DNA of 32,000 nt from Rhodospirillales bacterium (GTDB lineage: Bacteria; Pseudomonadota; Alphaproteobacteria; Reyranellales; Reyranellaceae), in assembly GCA_016699855.1 (NCBI GenBank), contig CP064988.1, positions 1,496,988 to 1,528,987 of the forward strand. Direction: 5' to 3'. Positions 15,843 through 24,968 of the stretch are shown one piece after another. Position 1 is the first letter of the stretch. Each line of letters starts with the position of its first letter. The translations under genes were made by a program, and so were the position numbers. The notes beneath the pieces were generated by a model. It worked only from the letters and a program-made list of their open reading frames with translations. It was not told the DNA's origin and ran no database searches.

Positions 15843-16412
15843 GTGACCGGACCGAACGCCTATGAGCGCAAGAAGGATCCCCAGGGCGTCCGGCGCGCGC
15901 TGCTGAACAAGGCGGCGCATCTCGCCGCCGAGCAGGGTCTCGCTGCCGTCACCGTGGAAGCGGTGGCACGCGCGGCGGGCGTCACCAAGGGTGGGCTGTT
16001 CCATCACTTCCCGAACAAGAGCGCCTTGATTCACGCCATGTTCGCCGACCTGCTGGCGCATTTCGACGCGGCGATCGATGCGCGCATGGCGCAAGATCCG
16101 GTCGCCCATGGACGCTTCACCCGCGCCTATTTGGAAGCGGTGTTTACCGATCAGGCGCTCGGCGACGACAACCCTTCGGCCGCCCTGTCAGTTTCGACGA
16201 TCGCCGATCCCGAGCTGCTGGGCGAATGGTCCACGTGGCTGGCGCAGCGCCTCGAACAGCATGCCGCAACCGATGACAACGCGCTCTGTGAAGTGGTGCG
16301 CTTAGCGGCCGATGGCGTCTGGCTGATCTCGATTTCTCCTGATCCCACGTCGCCAATCAACTTTGCCCGCGCCCGCGCAGCGATGCTCGCGCTGACAATG
16401 CTCGGTGCTTGA
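15843..16412 (+). CDS. TetR/AcrR-family transcriptional repressor
   Basis: GGAGGA is upstream of the GTG start. HTH VTVEAVARAAGVTKGGLFHHFPNKSALIHAMF. First gene of the efflux operon. Confidence 0.85.
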   Translation: MTGPNAYERKKDPQGVRRALLNKAAHLAAEQGLAAVTVEAVARAAGVTKGGLFHHFPNKSALIHAMFADLLAHFDAAIDARMAQDPVAHGRFTRAYLEAVFTDQALGDDNPSAALSVSTIADPELLGEWSTWLAQRLEQHAATDDNALCEVVRLAADGVWLISISPDPTSPINFARARAAMLALTMLGA

Positions 16413-16437
16413 TTCTCTCAGTTTCCGGCTTCGGCCG

Positions 16438-17634
16438 ATGGAGTTATGCCTTGTGACCCTGTTTCCTTCTCTTGGCCGTTTCGGCGTGCCTCTAGTCGCG
16501 TCGCTGATCCTTGCCGGTTGCGGAGATGCGGGTGGCGGCGCGCGAGGTGGAGGCGCGCAGGGCGCTAACCCGCCGCCGCTTGTCGAGGTGATCACGGTCC
16601 AATCGCAGGCGGTGCCGAACATTGTCGAACTGCCCGGCCGTATCCAGGCGGTGCGCTTGGCCGAGGTCCGCGCGCGCGTCGATGGGATCGTCGAGCGCCG
16701 CCTCTATCAGGAAGGCACCGACGTCGCCGCAGGGGATCCCCTCTTTCGGATTGATCCGCGTGATATGACGGCCCAGTCGGATCAGGCGCGGGCGGCGCTG
16801 CGTCGAGCGGAGGCGGCGAGGCTCAATGCCCGGCAGATCGTCAGCCGCTTTGGTCCGCTGGTGTCCGACAAGTCGGTCAGCGCGATGGAGTACGATCAGG
16901 CGCAGGCCAATCTGCGACAGGCGGAGGCGAGCGTCGATGATGCCCGCGCGACGCTCGCCCGCACGCAGCTTCAGCTTGGCTATACTCTCGTCCGAGCGCC
17001 GATCGCCGGTCGTGTCGGTAGCGCTCAGGTTACGGAAGGTGCGCTCGTCAGCGCGGGGTCGGCGACGCTGATGACGACCGTCGATCAACTCTCGCCGGTC
17101 TACGCGGTGTTTACCCAATCGAGCGCGGCAGTGCTCGACTTACTAGACGCGCAACGCACGGGCACGGTCGATGTGCCCGCACTTTCCCAGATAGAGGTAA
17201 AGCTGATCCTCGCCAACGGACGCGAGTACGGCCCGACCGGACGGCTCGATTTCGCCGCGCAGACGGTCGATCCCTCCACTGGCAGCCAGACGCTGCGCGC
17301 GGTCTTCCCGAATGACGCACGCCTTCTGCTACCCGGGCAGTTCGTCCGCGGCCGGATCTCCCTCGGCACGCTTCCACAGGGCATCATGATCCCAGCCCAG
17401 GCGGTGCAGATGGGACAGAACACCGCCGTCGTCTCAGTGGTCGGCCGTGACATGACCGTAGCGTCGCGCACCGTGCAGCTTGGCAACCAGTCCGGCGGCA
17501 ACTGGATCGTCCTATCCGGCCTCAAGCCCGGCGAGCGGGTGATCATCGCCGGATGGCAGAAGGTCCAGCCTGGCCAGCCGGTGCGGGTGAAGGGCGATGC
17601 CCGAGCCACGACAAAGCCGCAGGGCGGCCGCTAA
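16438..17634 (+). CDS. Efflux RND transporter periplasmic adaptor subunit (MFP, AcrA/MexA-like)
   Basis: Lipobox LILAGCG. ...ELPGRIQAVRLAEVRARVDGIVERRLYQEGTDVAAGDPLFRIDP..., coiled-coil hairpin, ...VRAPIAGRVG... The start is chosen at the ATG at 16438; the track GTG at 16405 overlaps the TetR end. Confidence 0.85.
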   Translation: MELCLVTLFPSLGRFGVPLVASLILAGCGDAGGGARGGGAQGANPPPLVEVITVQSQAVPNIVELPGRIQAVRLAEVRARVDGIVERRLYQEGTDVAAGDPLFRIDPRDMTAQSDQARAALRRAEAARLNARQIVSRFGPLVSDKSVSAMEYDQAQANLRQAEASVDDARATLARTQLQLGYTLVRAPIAGRVGSAQVTEGALVSAGSATLMTTVDQLSPVYAVFTQSSAAVLDLLDAQRTGTVDVPALSQIEVKLILANGREYGPTGRLDFAAQTVDPSTGSQTLRAVFPNDARLLLPGQFVRGRISLGTLPQGIMIPAQAVQMGQNTAVVSVVGRDMTVASRTVQLGNQSGGNWIVLSGLKPGERVIIAGWQKVQPGQPVRVKGDARATTKPQGGR

Positions 17635-17637
17635 CCC

Positions 17638-20600
17638 ATGGACAAGCTGTTCGTTCAGAAACCCGCCGTCGCGTGGGTGATCGCTCTCTTCATCACGCTG
17701 TTCGGCTCGATGGCGCTCGTCAACCTGCCGATCGAGCAATATCCCGCGGTGGCACCTCCGTCGCTGACGCTGAGCTACACCTATAACGGCGCTGACGCCG
17801 AGACCATGGACAAGAACGTCACCGCCGTACTGGAGCGCGAGCTCAATGGTGTGAAGCGGTTCCTCTACATGTCCTCGGTCAGCCGGGCCAACGGCACCGG
17901 CGAAGTCGTCGTCACGTTTCAATCGGGCACCAATCTCGATGTGGCGCGCACCCAGATTCAGGATCGTCTCAACCGGGCCGAACCGCGCCTGCCCGAGGAG
18001 GTCCGCCGCCTCGGCATCAGTATCCAGGACAACGCCTCGGGTTTCTTGCAGGTGGTCGCGATCAAATCGAAGACCGGCAAGACCTCGCCGCTCGAACTGG
18101 GCAATTTCGCCGGCACCAAGATCGTCAATGAGCTGCGTCGGGTCCCTGGTGTCGGCAACGTCAACATGTTCTCGTCGGAAAAGGCGATGCGCATCTGGCT
18201 CGATCCGGAAAAGCTAGCGGGTTACGGCTTGTCTTCGACCGAAGCGCTCGCCGCCGTGCAGGAGCAGAACAGCCAGACCGCCGGCGGAGGATTGGCTGAA
18301 CAGCCGCTCGCCAATGGCGCGGCTTTCAACGCGCGTATCGTCACCCAGAACCGCTTCACGACGCCCGAGCAGTTCCGCAACATCATCGTGCGTTCCAACC
18401 CCGATGGCTCCGCGGTGCGTCTGAGCGACGTCGCCCGCGTCGAGGTGGGCGCCGACAGCTATGCCTTCAAATCGACCCTCGACGGCAAGGAAGTGGCCGG
18501 GCTGGCGATCCAGCTGTCGTCGGGCGCTAACGCCATCGCCACCAAGAACGCTGTCGCGGCCAAACTGCGCGCGCTGGAAGCTACCTTCCCCGAGGACATC
18601 ACCTGGTCGGTGCCCTATGACACCACCCCATTCATCCAGGCCTCGATCGACAATGTCATCCAGACGCTGGTCGAGGCCATGGCGCTGGTGTTCCTCGTCA
18701 TGTTCCTGTTCCTGCAGAACTGGCGCGCGACGCTCATTCCCGCGGTCGTGGTGCCCGTGGCGCTGCTCGGCGGCAGTCTCGGTCTGTGGCTGTTCGGTTT
18801 CTCGTACAACCAGCTGACGTTGTTTGCGATGGTGGTGTCGATCGGCATCCTGGTCGATGACGCAATCGTCGTGGTCGAGAACGTTGAACGACTGATGGCC
18901 GAAGAAGGCCTTTCTCCCGCCGCCGCCACGATCAAGGCGATGGGCCAGATTCGCGGCGCGATCATCGGCATCACGCTGGTGCTGATCGCCGTGTTCATCC
19001 CCATGGCGTTCTTCCCCGGCTCCACCGGCGGTATTTACCGCCAGTTCTCGGTAACGCTCGCGGTCTCGATCTTCTTCTCCGCATTGCTCGCGCTCACGCT
19101 CACTCCAGCGCTGTGCGCGACGTTGCTCAAGCCGCATCCGCTGGGCGGGCATCAGGACGCGCCGGCCAGGCCTGGCTGGCGCGGATGGCCGCAGCGCTTC
19201 TTTGGCTGGTTCAACCGCATGTTCGCGCGTTCGACCGACAAATATGTCAGCGGCGTCGGAGCGATGCTGTCGCGCCCGCTACGCTGGCTGGCGGTTTTCG
19301 TCGCCATCTTCGGCGTGACGATCCTGCTGTTCGGACGCCTGCCGGGCGGTTTCCTGCCCGACGAGGATCAGGGCTATTTCGTCATCAGCTACGATGCGCC
19401 CGCTGGCTCGACCATGCAGCACACCTCGGCGGCGGTCGCGGCGACCGAAAAGGCGTTCCATCAACTGCCGCAGGCTCAGACGATCTTCTCGGTCGTCGGC
19501 TTCAACTTCTCGGGCCAGGGTCAGTCGGCGGCCCTTTCCTGGGGCATGCTCAAGCCCTATGCCGAGCGGCATGGCGCGCAGGGCTCGGCGGCCTCGACGA
19601 TCGGCGCGATCTTCGGCGCTGCCGGGGACATCCCGGGTGCCTCGCTCTTCGCCGTGAATCCGCCCGCGATCGACAGTCTGGGCAATGCGACCGGCTTCAC
19701 GATGAAGGTCGAAGACCGCAGCGGCAACGATCCCGCCGGCCTGCAGGCGGCGATGGGCCAAATACTGGGCGAGGCGGCGCAGAACCCAAAACTGATGGCG
19801 GTGCGCCCGGAAGGTCAGGGTACCTCGCCGCAGCTCTATGTCGACATCGACCGGGTCCAGGCGCGCGCACTCGGGCTCTCGATCGCTGACGTCAACGCCA
19901 CACTCTCGATCGCCTTCGGCTCCGCCTATGCCAACGACTTCTCCAACCAAGGTAGCGTGCAGCGGGTCTATTTGCAGGCCGACGCCAGTCAGCGGATGAC
20001 GCCCGAGGACGTGCTGAAGCTGCGGGTGCGGAGCCGCAACGGTCAGATGGCGCCATTCTCGGCCTTCACTCGCGTCACCTGGACGAACGGTCCGACGCAA
20101 CTCCAGCGCTACAACGGTTATCCCGCGTTGACGATCGCCGGCCAAGCCGCGCCCGGCCAGTCATCGGGCACCGCGCTGAAGGAAATGGAAGCTATTGCTG
20201 ACCGAGTGCTCAAGTCGCACCAGGCCTATGAATGGACCGGCACGGCGTTCGAGGAAAAGCAGGCGGGCGGTCAGATCGGCCTGCTGCTTGGCCTGTCGCT
20301 CGTCGTCGTCTTCCTGCTCCTGGTGGCGCTCTACAACAGCTGGGCGATCCCCTTCTCAGTGCTGCTGGTGGTGCCGTTCGGCGTGCTGGGCGCGGTGATC
20401 TTCACCATGCTGCGCGGACTGTCGGCCGACGTCTATTTCAACATCGGGCTCATCACCATCATCGGCCTAGCCGCCAAGAATGCGATCCTCGTCGTGGAGT
20501 TCGCGATCGACGACGAGGTGGGGGATCGCACGCCTCTTCAAGCGACACTGGAAGCGGCTCGACAGCGTCTGCGTCCGATCCTGATGACCAGCCTCGCCTT

Positions 20601-20847
20601 CATTCTCGGCATGGTGCCGTTGGTGATCGCGGGCGGCGCGGGCGCGGCCAGTCGGCATGCTGTCGGCACCGGGGTGATGGGCGGCATGATCGCAGCCACC
20701 GCGTTCGGCATCTTCTTCACGCCGCTCTTCTACTTCGCCGCGCGCAAATGGCTCGCGCGGCCGCGCCAGGATCACGGGGAGGATGCCGTGCAGACGCCAC
20801 CCATTTCCGGTCCGGACGAAAAGCGGGGAGTTCCGGCCGATGCGTAA
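17638..20847 (+). CDS. RND permease, HAE1 family (AcrB/MexB-like), 1069 aa
   Basis: N-terminus FVQKPAVAWVIALFITLFGSMALVNLPIEQYPAVAPPSLTLSYTYNGADAETMDKNVT, 12-TM architecture with two large periplasmic loops. Starts 3 nt after the MFP stop. Confidence 0.93.
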   Translation: MDKLFVQKPAVAWVIALFITLFGSMALVNLPIEQYPAVAPPSLTLSYTYNGADAETMDKNVTAVLERELNGVKRFLYMSSVSRANGTGEVVVTFQSGTNLDVARTQIQDRLNRAEPRLPEEVRRLGISIQDNASGFLQVVAIKSKTGKTSPLELGNFAGTKIVNELRRVPGVGNVNMFSSEKAMRIWLDPEKLAGYGLSSTEALAAVQEQNSQTAGGGLAEQPLANGAAFNARIVTQNRFTTPEQFRNIIVRSNPDGSAVRLSDVARVEVGADSYAFKSTLDGKEVAGLAIQLSSGANAIATKNAVAAKLRALEATFPEDITWSVPYDTTPFIQASIDNVIQTLVEAMALVFLVMFLFLQNWRATLIPAVVVPVALLGGSLGLWLFGFSYNQLTLFAMVVSIGILVDDAIVVVENVERLMAEEGLSPAAATIKAMGQIRGAIIGITLVLIAVFIPMAFFPGSTGGIYRQFSVTLAVSIFFSALLALTLTPALCATLLKPHPLGGHQDAPARPGWRGWPQRFFGWFNRMFARSTDKYVSGVGAMLSRPLRWLAVFVAIFGVTILLFGRLPGGFLPDEDQGYFVISYDAPAGSTMQHTSAAVAATEKAFHQLPQAQTIFSVVGFNFSGQGQSAALSWGMLKPYAERHGAQGSAASTIGAIFGAAGDIPGASLFAVNPPAIDSLGNATGFTMKVEDRSGNDPAGLQAAMGQILGEAAQNPKLMAVRPEGQGTSPQLYVDIDRVQARALGLSIADVNATLSIAFGSAYANDFSNQGSVQRVYLQADASQRMTPEDVLKLRVRSRNGQMAPFSAFTRVTWTNGPTQLQRYNGYPALTIAGQAAPGQSSGTALKEMEAIADRVLKSHQAYEWTGTAFEEKQAGGQIGLLLGLSLVVVFLLLVALYNSWAIPFSVLLVVPFGVLGAVIFTMLRGLSADVYFNIGLITIIGLAAKNAILVVEFAIDDEVGDRTPLQATLEAARQRLRPILMTSLAFILGMVPLVIAGGAGAASRHAVGTGVMGGMIAATAFGIFFTPLFYFAARKWLARPRQDHGEDAVQTPPISGPDEKRGVPADA

Positions 20848-22291
20848 GCTCGTGATCCTCGCCAGCGCGGCGACCTTGTCCGCCTGCAACCTCGCCCCGC
20901 GCTATCATCAACCAATCGCACCGGTTTCCGCGGCCTTTCCCGAAGTGCAGGCCGGAGCCCGCGCGGCGAACGAGATCGGCTGGCGCGAGTTCTTCGGCGA
21001 TCCCAGGCTCCAGGCCTATCTCGCCGCGGCGCTCGCCAACAATCGCGATCTCGCCCAGTCGGTCGCCCGAGTGGCGCAGGCGCGGGCGCAATACCGCATC
21101 CAAGATGCTGAGCGCCTACCGCAGCTCAACCTGCAGGCCGGCGCCTCACGCACGCGCCAGCCCGCCAACTTGCCGGCTCTTGGCAGTACGCCGTCGCCCG
21201 GCGGTCCGGCCGCCATTACCTTCGAGCAGTATAATCTGGGTGTTCAGGTACCGAGCTTCGAGCTCGATTTCTGGGGCCGAGTGCGCAACCTGTCCGAAGC
21301 GCAGCGGCATCAATATCTGGCGACGGTCGAGGCCGAGCGCGCTTTCCGCCTCTCGCTGGTCGGCCAGGTCGCAGCGACCTATCTCCAGATACGTGCGGGC
21401 GAAGAGCAGATCGCGCTCGCTGAGCGTACTCTGGCGAGCCGCCAGGAGGGCGAGCGGATTGCGCGGCGCCGGCTGGAGGCGGGCGTCACCTCCACAGTCG
21501 ACCATGATCAGGCGGTGCTGCTGGTCACCCAAGCTGAAGCCGAACGCGCGGAGCTGCGTCGCACCACCTCCCAGGCGGAGAACCTGCTGACGGTGCTGGT
21601 CGGCGGCCCCATTGATCAGACTCTTCCGTCACCGCGGCCCTTGGCGGACCAAGGTCAGTTCGCGAGCATCGAACCGGGCCTGCCGTCATCGCTCCTCGCC
21701 AACCGGCCCGACATTCTGCAGGTCGAGCAGCAGTTGCGCGGGGCCAACGCCGACATCGGCGCCGCGCGTGCCGCTTTCCTGCCGTCCATATCCCTGACTG
21801 GGTTGGCAGGGGTCGTATCGCCACAGCTGGGCGAGTTGCTAAATTCGGGATCGCGCCAGCATCAAGCGTCGTCTGCGGCCCTGCTCCCGATCTTCGATTG
21901 GGGTCGGCGCGACGCGCTGCTCAAGCTCAGCCGGGCTCGCGCCGACGAGCTGGTGGCGGCTTATCAGCGCGTAGCGCAGGGTGCTTTCCGCGAGGTCGCC
22001 GACGCACTGATCGCGCGGCAGCGGTACGCCGAGCAGATCGACGCCCAAACCCGTGCCGTTGTCGTCCAGCGTCACCTCGCCCAGACCGCGCGCCGACGGT
22101 ACGATAATGGCATTGCCATCTATCTCGAGGTGGCCGACGCCGAGCGGAACCTGTTCGCGGCCGAGCAGCAATTGCTCGCTCTGCGCAGCGCCGAACTGCA
22201 AAACGGCGTCTCGCTCTATGTCGCGCTCGGTGGCGGCCTGACCGAGACCTCCCATGTCGCTGCCCAAGCAGCAAACTCGACTAGCTATTAG
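20840..22291 (+). CDS. Efflux outer-membrane factor lipoprotein (NodT/OprM family)
   Basis: ATG at 20840 overlaps the RND stop by 8 nt. MRKLVILASAATLSACNLAPRY lipobox. Shows ...WREFFGDPRLQAYLAAALANNRDL... and a repeated TolC-like alpha/beta pattern. Confidence 0.88.
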   Translation: MRKLVILASAATLSACNLAPRYHQPIAPVSAAFPEVQAGARAANEIGWREFFGDPRLQAYLAAALANNRDLAQSVARVAQARAQYRIQDAERLPQLNLQAGASRTRQPANLPALGSTPSPGGPAAITFEQYNLGVQVPSFELDFWGRVRNLSEAQRHQYLATVEAERAFRLSLVGQVAATYLQIRAGEEQIALAERTLASRQEGERIARRRLEAGVTSTVDHDQAVLLVTQAEAERAELRRTTSQAENLLTVLVGGPIDQTLPSPRPLADQGQFASIEPGLPSSLLANRPDILQVEQQLRGANADIGAARAAFLPSISLTGLAGVVSPQLGELLNSGSRQHQASSAALLPIFDWGRRDALLKLSRARADELVAAYQRVAQGAFREVADALIARQRYAEQIDAQTRAVVVQRHLAQTARRRYDNGIAIYLEVADAERNLFAAEQQLLALRSAELQNGVSLYVALGGGLTETSHVAAQAANSTSY

Positions 22292-22303
22292 GAAGGCAAC
22301 GGT

Positions 22304-23812
22304 ATGACTGCCTCGCATTCGAACAGGTGGATGTTGCTGGTGACGGTGGCGGCGGGACTGCTGCTGATCACCCTCGACAATTCCGTGCTCTACACCGCGC
22401 TTCCGACGCTCACCCGCGAGCTGGACGCCTCATCGACACAAGGGCTGTGGATCATCAATGCCTATCCGCTGGTGATGGCTGGGCTGTTGCTTGGAACCGG
22501 CACGCTGGGCGACCGCATCGGCCACCGACAGATGTTCCTGATCGGCCTGGTGCTGTTCGGCATCGCCTCGCTCGTCGCGGCGTTTTCACCTTCCGCCAAT
22601 ATCCTGATCGCGGCGCGGGCGTTCCTGGCCGTTGGCGCGGCAGCGATGATGCCGGCGACGCTGGCCCTGGTGCGGGTCACCTTCACGGTCGAACGGGAGC
22701 GCAATTTCGCGATCGCGGTCTGGGGATCGTTGGCGGTCGTGGGCGCCGCGCTCGGACCGATCCTCGGCGGCTTCCTGTTGGAGCATTTCTGGTGGGGATC
22801 GGTGTTCCTGATCAACGTCCCGGTGGTCATCGCCGCCTTCGTCTCGACCCTGATCGTCGCGCCGAAGGGCGAGAAGGATCATTCAAAGCCGTGGGACCTC
22901 GTCTCCTCGCTACAGGCGCTTGTCGCGCTGTCGGCTCTCGTGATCGCGATCAAGGAATCGGCGCATGCTGGCCAGTCCTGGCTGGTTCCGGCGGGAGCCC
23001 TGGTCGTCGCCGTCGCGGCAAGCACCCTGTTCGTCCGCCGCCAGTCGCGGCTAGCCTTTCCGCTGCTCGACTTCGCCATCTTCCGCAACGCCGCCTTTAC
23101 CTCGGGCGTGATGGCGGCCGCCTTCGCCATGTTCGCGATCGGCGGCATCCAGCTTGTCACCACGCAACGCTTCCAGCTCGTCGCCGGCTTCTCGCCGCTC
23201 GAGGCGGGCCTTCTCGTCTCGGCGGCTGCGGTGGGCTCGCTGCCAACCGCGCTGCTGGGCGGGGCGTTCCTGCACCGGATCGGGCTTCGCTTCCTGATCT
23301 CAGGGGGGCTCGCGGCCGCTACCCTTGCCGTCCTGCTCGCGACCTGGGGCCTGACGCACGGTCTCGGCTGGCTAATCGCCGGCATGGCTTTGACGGGGGC
23401 TGGCGTCGGTGCGGCGATGTCGGTCGCCTCGACGGCGATCGTCGGCAACGCGCCTGTCCATCGCGCCGGCATGGCCGCATCGATGGAGGAAGTCTCCTAT
23501 GAGTTCGGCAGCCTGCTCGCCGTTGCCTTCCTCGGCAGCCTGCTGTCGGCGATCTACACGTTCAGCATCGCGCTGCCGCCAGGCGCTCCCGAAGCGGCCC
23601 GCGACAGCATGAGCGCGGCTCTCGAACTTGCCGCACAGGCTGGAGCTGGCGGCCAGCCCGTGCTGGAGGCCGCGAGCCAGGCCTTCGACCGCGGCTATCA
23701 AACGGTAATGTATGTGATCGCCGCCGTGCTTGCAGCGGGCTCGATCAGCACCGGCGTGCTGCTTCGCAAGTACGGCCCCGGCTCGCAATCCTCGACCTAT
23801 CCCTCGCATTGA
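22304..23812 (+). CDS. MFS transporter, DHA2 (EmrB/QacA-like, 14-TMS) drug:H+ antiporter family
   Basis: AGGAAGG is upstream of the ATG. WMLLVTVAAGLLLITLDNSVLYTALPTLTRELDAS...LWIINAYPLVMAGLLLGTGTLGDRIGHRQMF is the DHA2 N-terminal signature. 502 aa. Confidence 0.85.
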   Translation: MTASHSNRWMLLVTVAAGLLLITLDNSVLYTALPTLTRELDASSTQGLWIINAYPLVMAGLLLGTGTLGDRIGHRQMFLIGLVLFGIASLVAAFSPSANILIAARAFLAVGAAAMMPATLALVRVTFTVERERNFAIAVWGSLAVVGAALGPILGGFLLEHFWWGSVFLINVPVVIAAFVSTLIVAPKGEKDHSKPWDLVSSLQALVALSALVIAIKESAHAGQSWLVPAGALVVAVAASTLFVRRQSRLAFPLLDFAIFRNAAFTSGVMAAAFAMFAIGGIQLVTTQRFQLVAGFSPLEAGLLVSAAAVGSLPTALLGGAFLHRIGLRFLISGGLAAATLAVLLATWGLTHGLGWLIAGMALTGAGVGAAMSVASTAIVGNAPVHRAGMAASMEEVSYEFGSLLAVAFLGSLLSAIYTFSIALPPGAPEAARDSMSAALELAAQAGAGGQPVLEAASQAFDRGYQTVMYVIAAVLAAGSISTGVLLRKYGPGSQSSTYPSH

Positions 23813-23825
23813 CAGGGACGTTCTT

Positions 23826-23900
23826 ATGCGAACCAGCAAGCGCACGCAGATCCTCGACGCCATCGTCGACATCATCCAGCGCGACGGCGTCACCGCCCTC
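23826..23900 (+). pseudogene. 5' stub (about 25 codons) of a second TetR-family regulator
   Basis: MRTSKRTQILDAIVDIIQRDGVTAL is a typical TetR N-terminus up to the start of the HTH. After about 23900 the frame reads non-homologous sequence (RTSQQSPITTGIRG...) and runs out of frame across the DUF3817 gene. Confidence 0.45.
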
Positions 23901-23947
23901 AGGACCAGTCAGCAGTCACCAATAACGACAGGAATTCGAGGACTTTC

Positions 23948-24244
23948 ATGCTGCTGCAACTGTTTCGCGGGATCGCCGTCATCGAAGGCATCACGACGCT
24001 CGCTCTCGTCCTCATCGCGATGCCACCCAAATATCTGGCCGGCAACGAGGCGATCATGCCGCTCGCCGGCTGGGGGCATGGCTATGCCTTCGTCGCCTAC
24101 ATGCTCGCGATCATACCCGCACTCTGGGGCAAGGGGTTCACCGCCTGGGAATGGACGCAAACCGTTCTCGCGTCGCTGGTCCCGTTCGGAACCTTCCTCA
24201 ACGACCCGATGCTGAAACGCAAACTGCCGAACCGGGAGGCCTGA
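23948..24244 (+). CDS. DUF3817 integral membrane protein
   Basis: GAGGA lies 6 nt upstream. LFRGIAVIEGITTLALVLIAMPPKYLAGN...GWGHGYAFVAYML...LASLVPFGTF matches the remembered DUF3817 pattern. Confidence 0.75.
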   Translation: MLLQLFRGIAVIEGITTLALVLIAMPPKYLAGNEAIMPLAGWGHGYAFVAYMLAIIPALWGKGFTAWEWTQTVLASLVPFGTFLNDPMLKRKLPNREA

Positions 24245-24269
24245 ACCCATGTGGAACTCCCGCACATCC

Positions 24270-24525
24270 AATTTCGGTCGGGGAGAGCGCGGTCCTTGGG
24301 TGTGAAGGTGGCGATCGAGGCCGGACCGACATCATCGGCCGGGTTTGCTACCTTCTCGCCGTGAGAATGGCGAAACCGTAGATCTGCTTCAGGATATCGC
24401 GCACATGGATCGCCGTCGCCGGTGCGCCCCGTTCCACGATCTTGGCGCAATGGGCTCGGAGATCATCGGGGGTGATCTCAATCAGCAGACGGTTTCGCCA
24501 GATCGGCATAAGCTCCCGTTTCGAT
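24270..24525 (-). pseudogene. Relic of a tyrosine recombinase (P4/DUF4102-type integrase): central SAM-like region only, frameshifted, no catalytic domain
   Basis: Minus strand from 24509: MPIWRNRLLIEITPDDLRAHCAKIVERGAPATAIHVRDILKQIYGFAIL, then a frameshift near 24360, then HGEKVANPADDVGPASIATFTPKDRAL (track ORF 24097-24450). A second shift near 24285 would restore SPTEI. Similarity is lost below about 24270 and above about 24525. Confidence 0.6.
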
Positions 24526-24584
24526 TTTGAGGGAGCAAAGAACGGAAGCGGCCGTTATCCAGCAAAGTCGAAACGGAGGCTGTA

Positions 24585-24962
24585 GTGATCCACCATGTCT
24601 CGATAGGGACGAATGATATCGGGCGTTCGAAGCGCTTCTACGATGCCGTTTTGCCCCTCGTGGGCATATTGCCCATGGCTGAGGACGAGGGTGGACTGGG
24701 TTACGGAAGCGGTACGTTTCACTTCAGCGTCCAAGTTCCAATCGATGGCAAAGCTGCGACGGTGGGCAATGGCACGCATATCGCCTTTGCCGTCGAGGAC
24801 CGTTCCATGGTCGATCGATTTTACGCCGCAGCATTGAGATATGGCGGCAGCGACGATGGCGCTCCGGGGCTGCGGCCGGCCTATGATGCCAACTATTATG
24901 GGGCGTTCGTCCGCGATCCCGATGGTCACAAAATCGAGGCGGTGACCTACTCGGCAAAATAG
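24585..24962 (+). CDS. VOC-family protein (glyoxalase/bleomycin-resistance/dioxygenase fold)
   Basis: GGAGG is upstream of the GTG. IHHVSIGTNDIGRSKRFYDAVL ... GTHIAFAVEDRSMVDRFY ... YGAFVRDPDGHKIEAV are the paired beta-alpha-beta-beta-beta module signatures. Confidence 0.8.
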   Translation: MIHHVSIGTNDIGRSKRFYDAVLPLVGILPMAEDEGGLGYGSGTFHFSVQVPIDGKAATVGNGTHIAFAVEDRSMVDRFYAAALRYGGSDDGAPGLRPAYDANYYGAFVRDPDGHKIEAVTYSAK

Positions 24963-24968
24963 TCGCTA

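Noticed and set aside
15781-15846. 21-codon upstream ORF (MSYDSTLTRPGVANLAWRMVA) whose TGA overlaps the TetR GTG start (GTGA)
   Set aside because: It has no convincing Shine-Dalgarno, no recognisable peptide family, and conservation cannot be assessed here. It is probably fortuitous.
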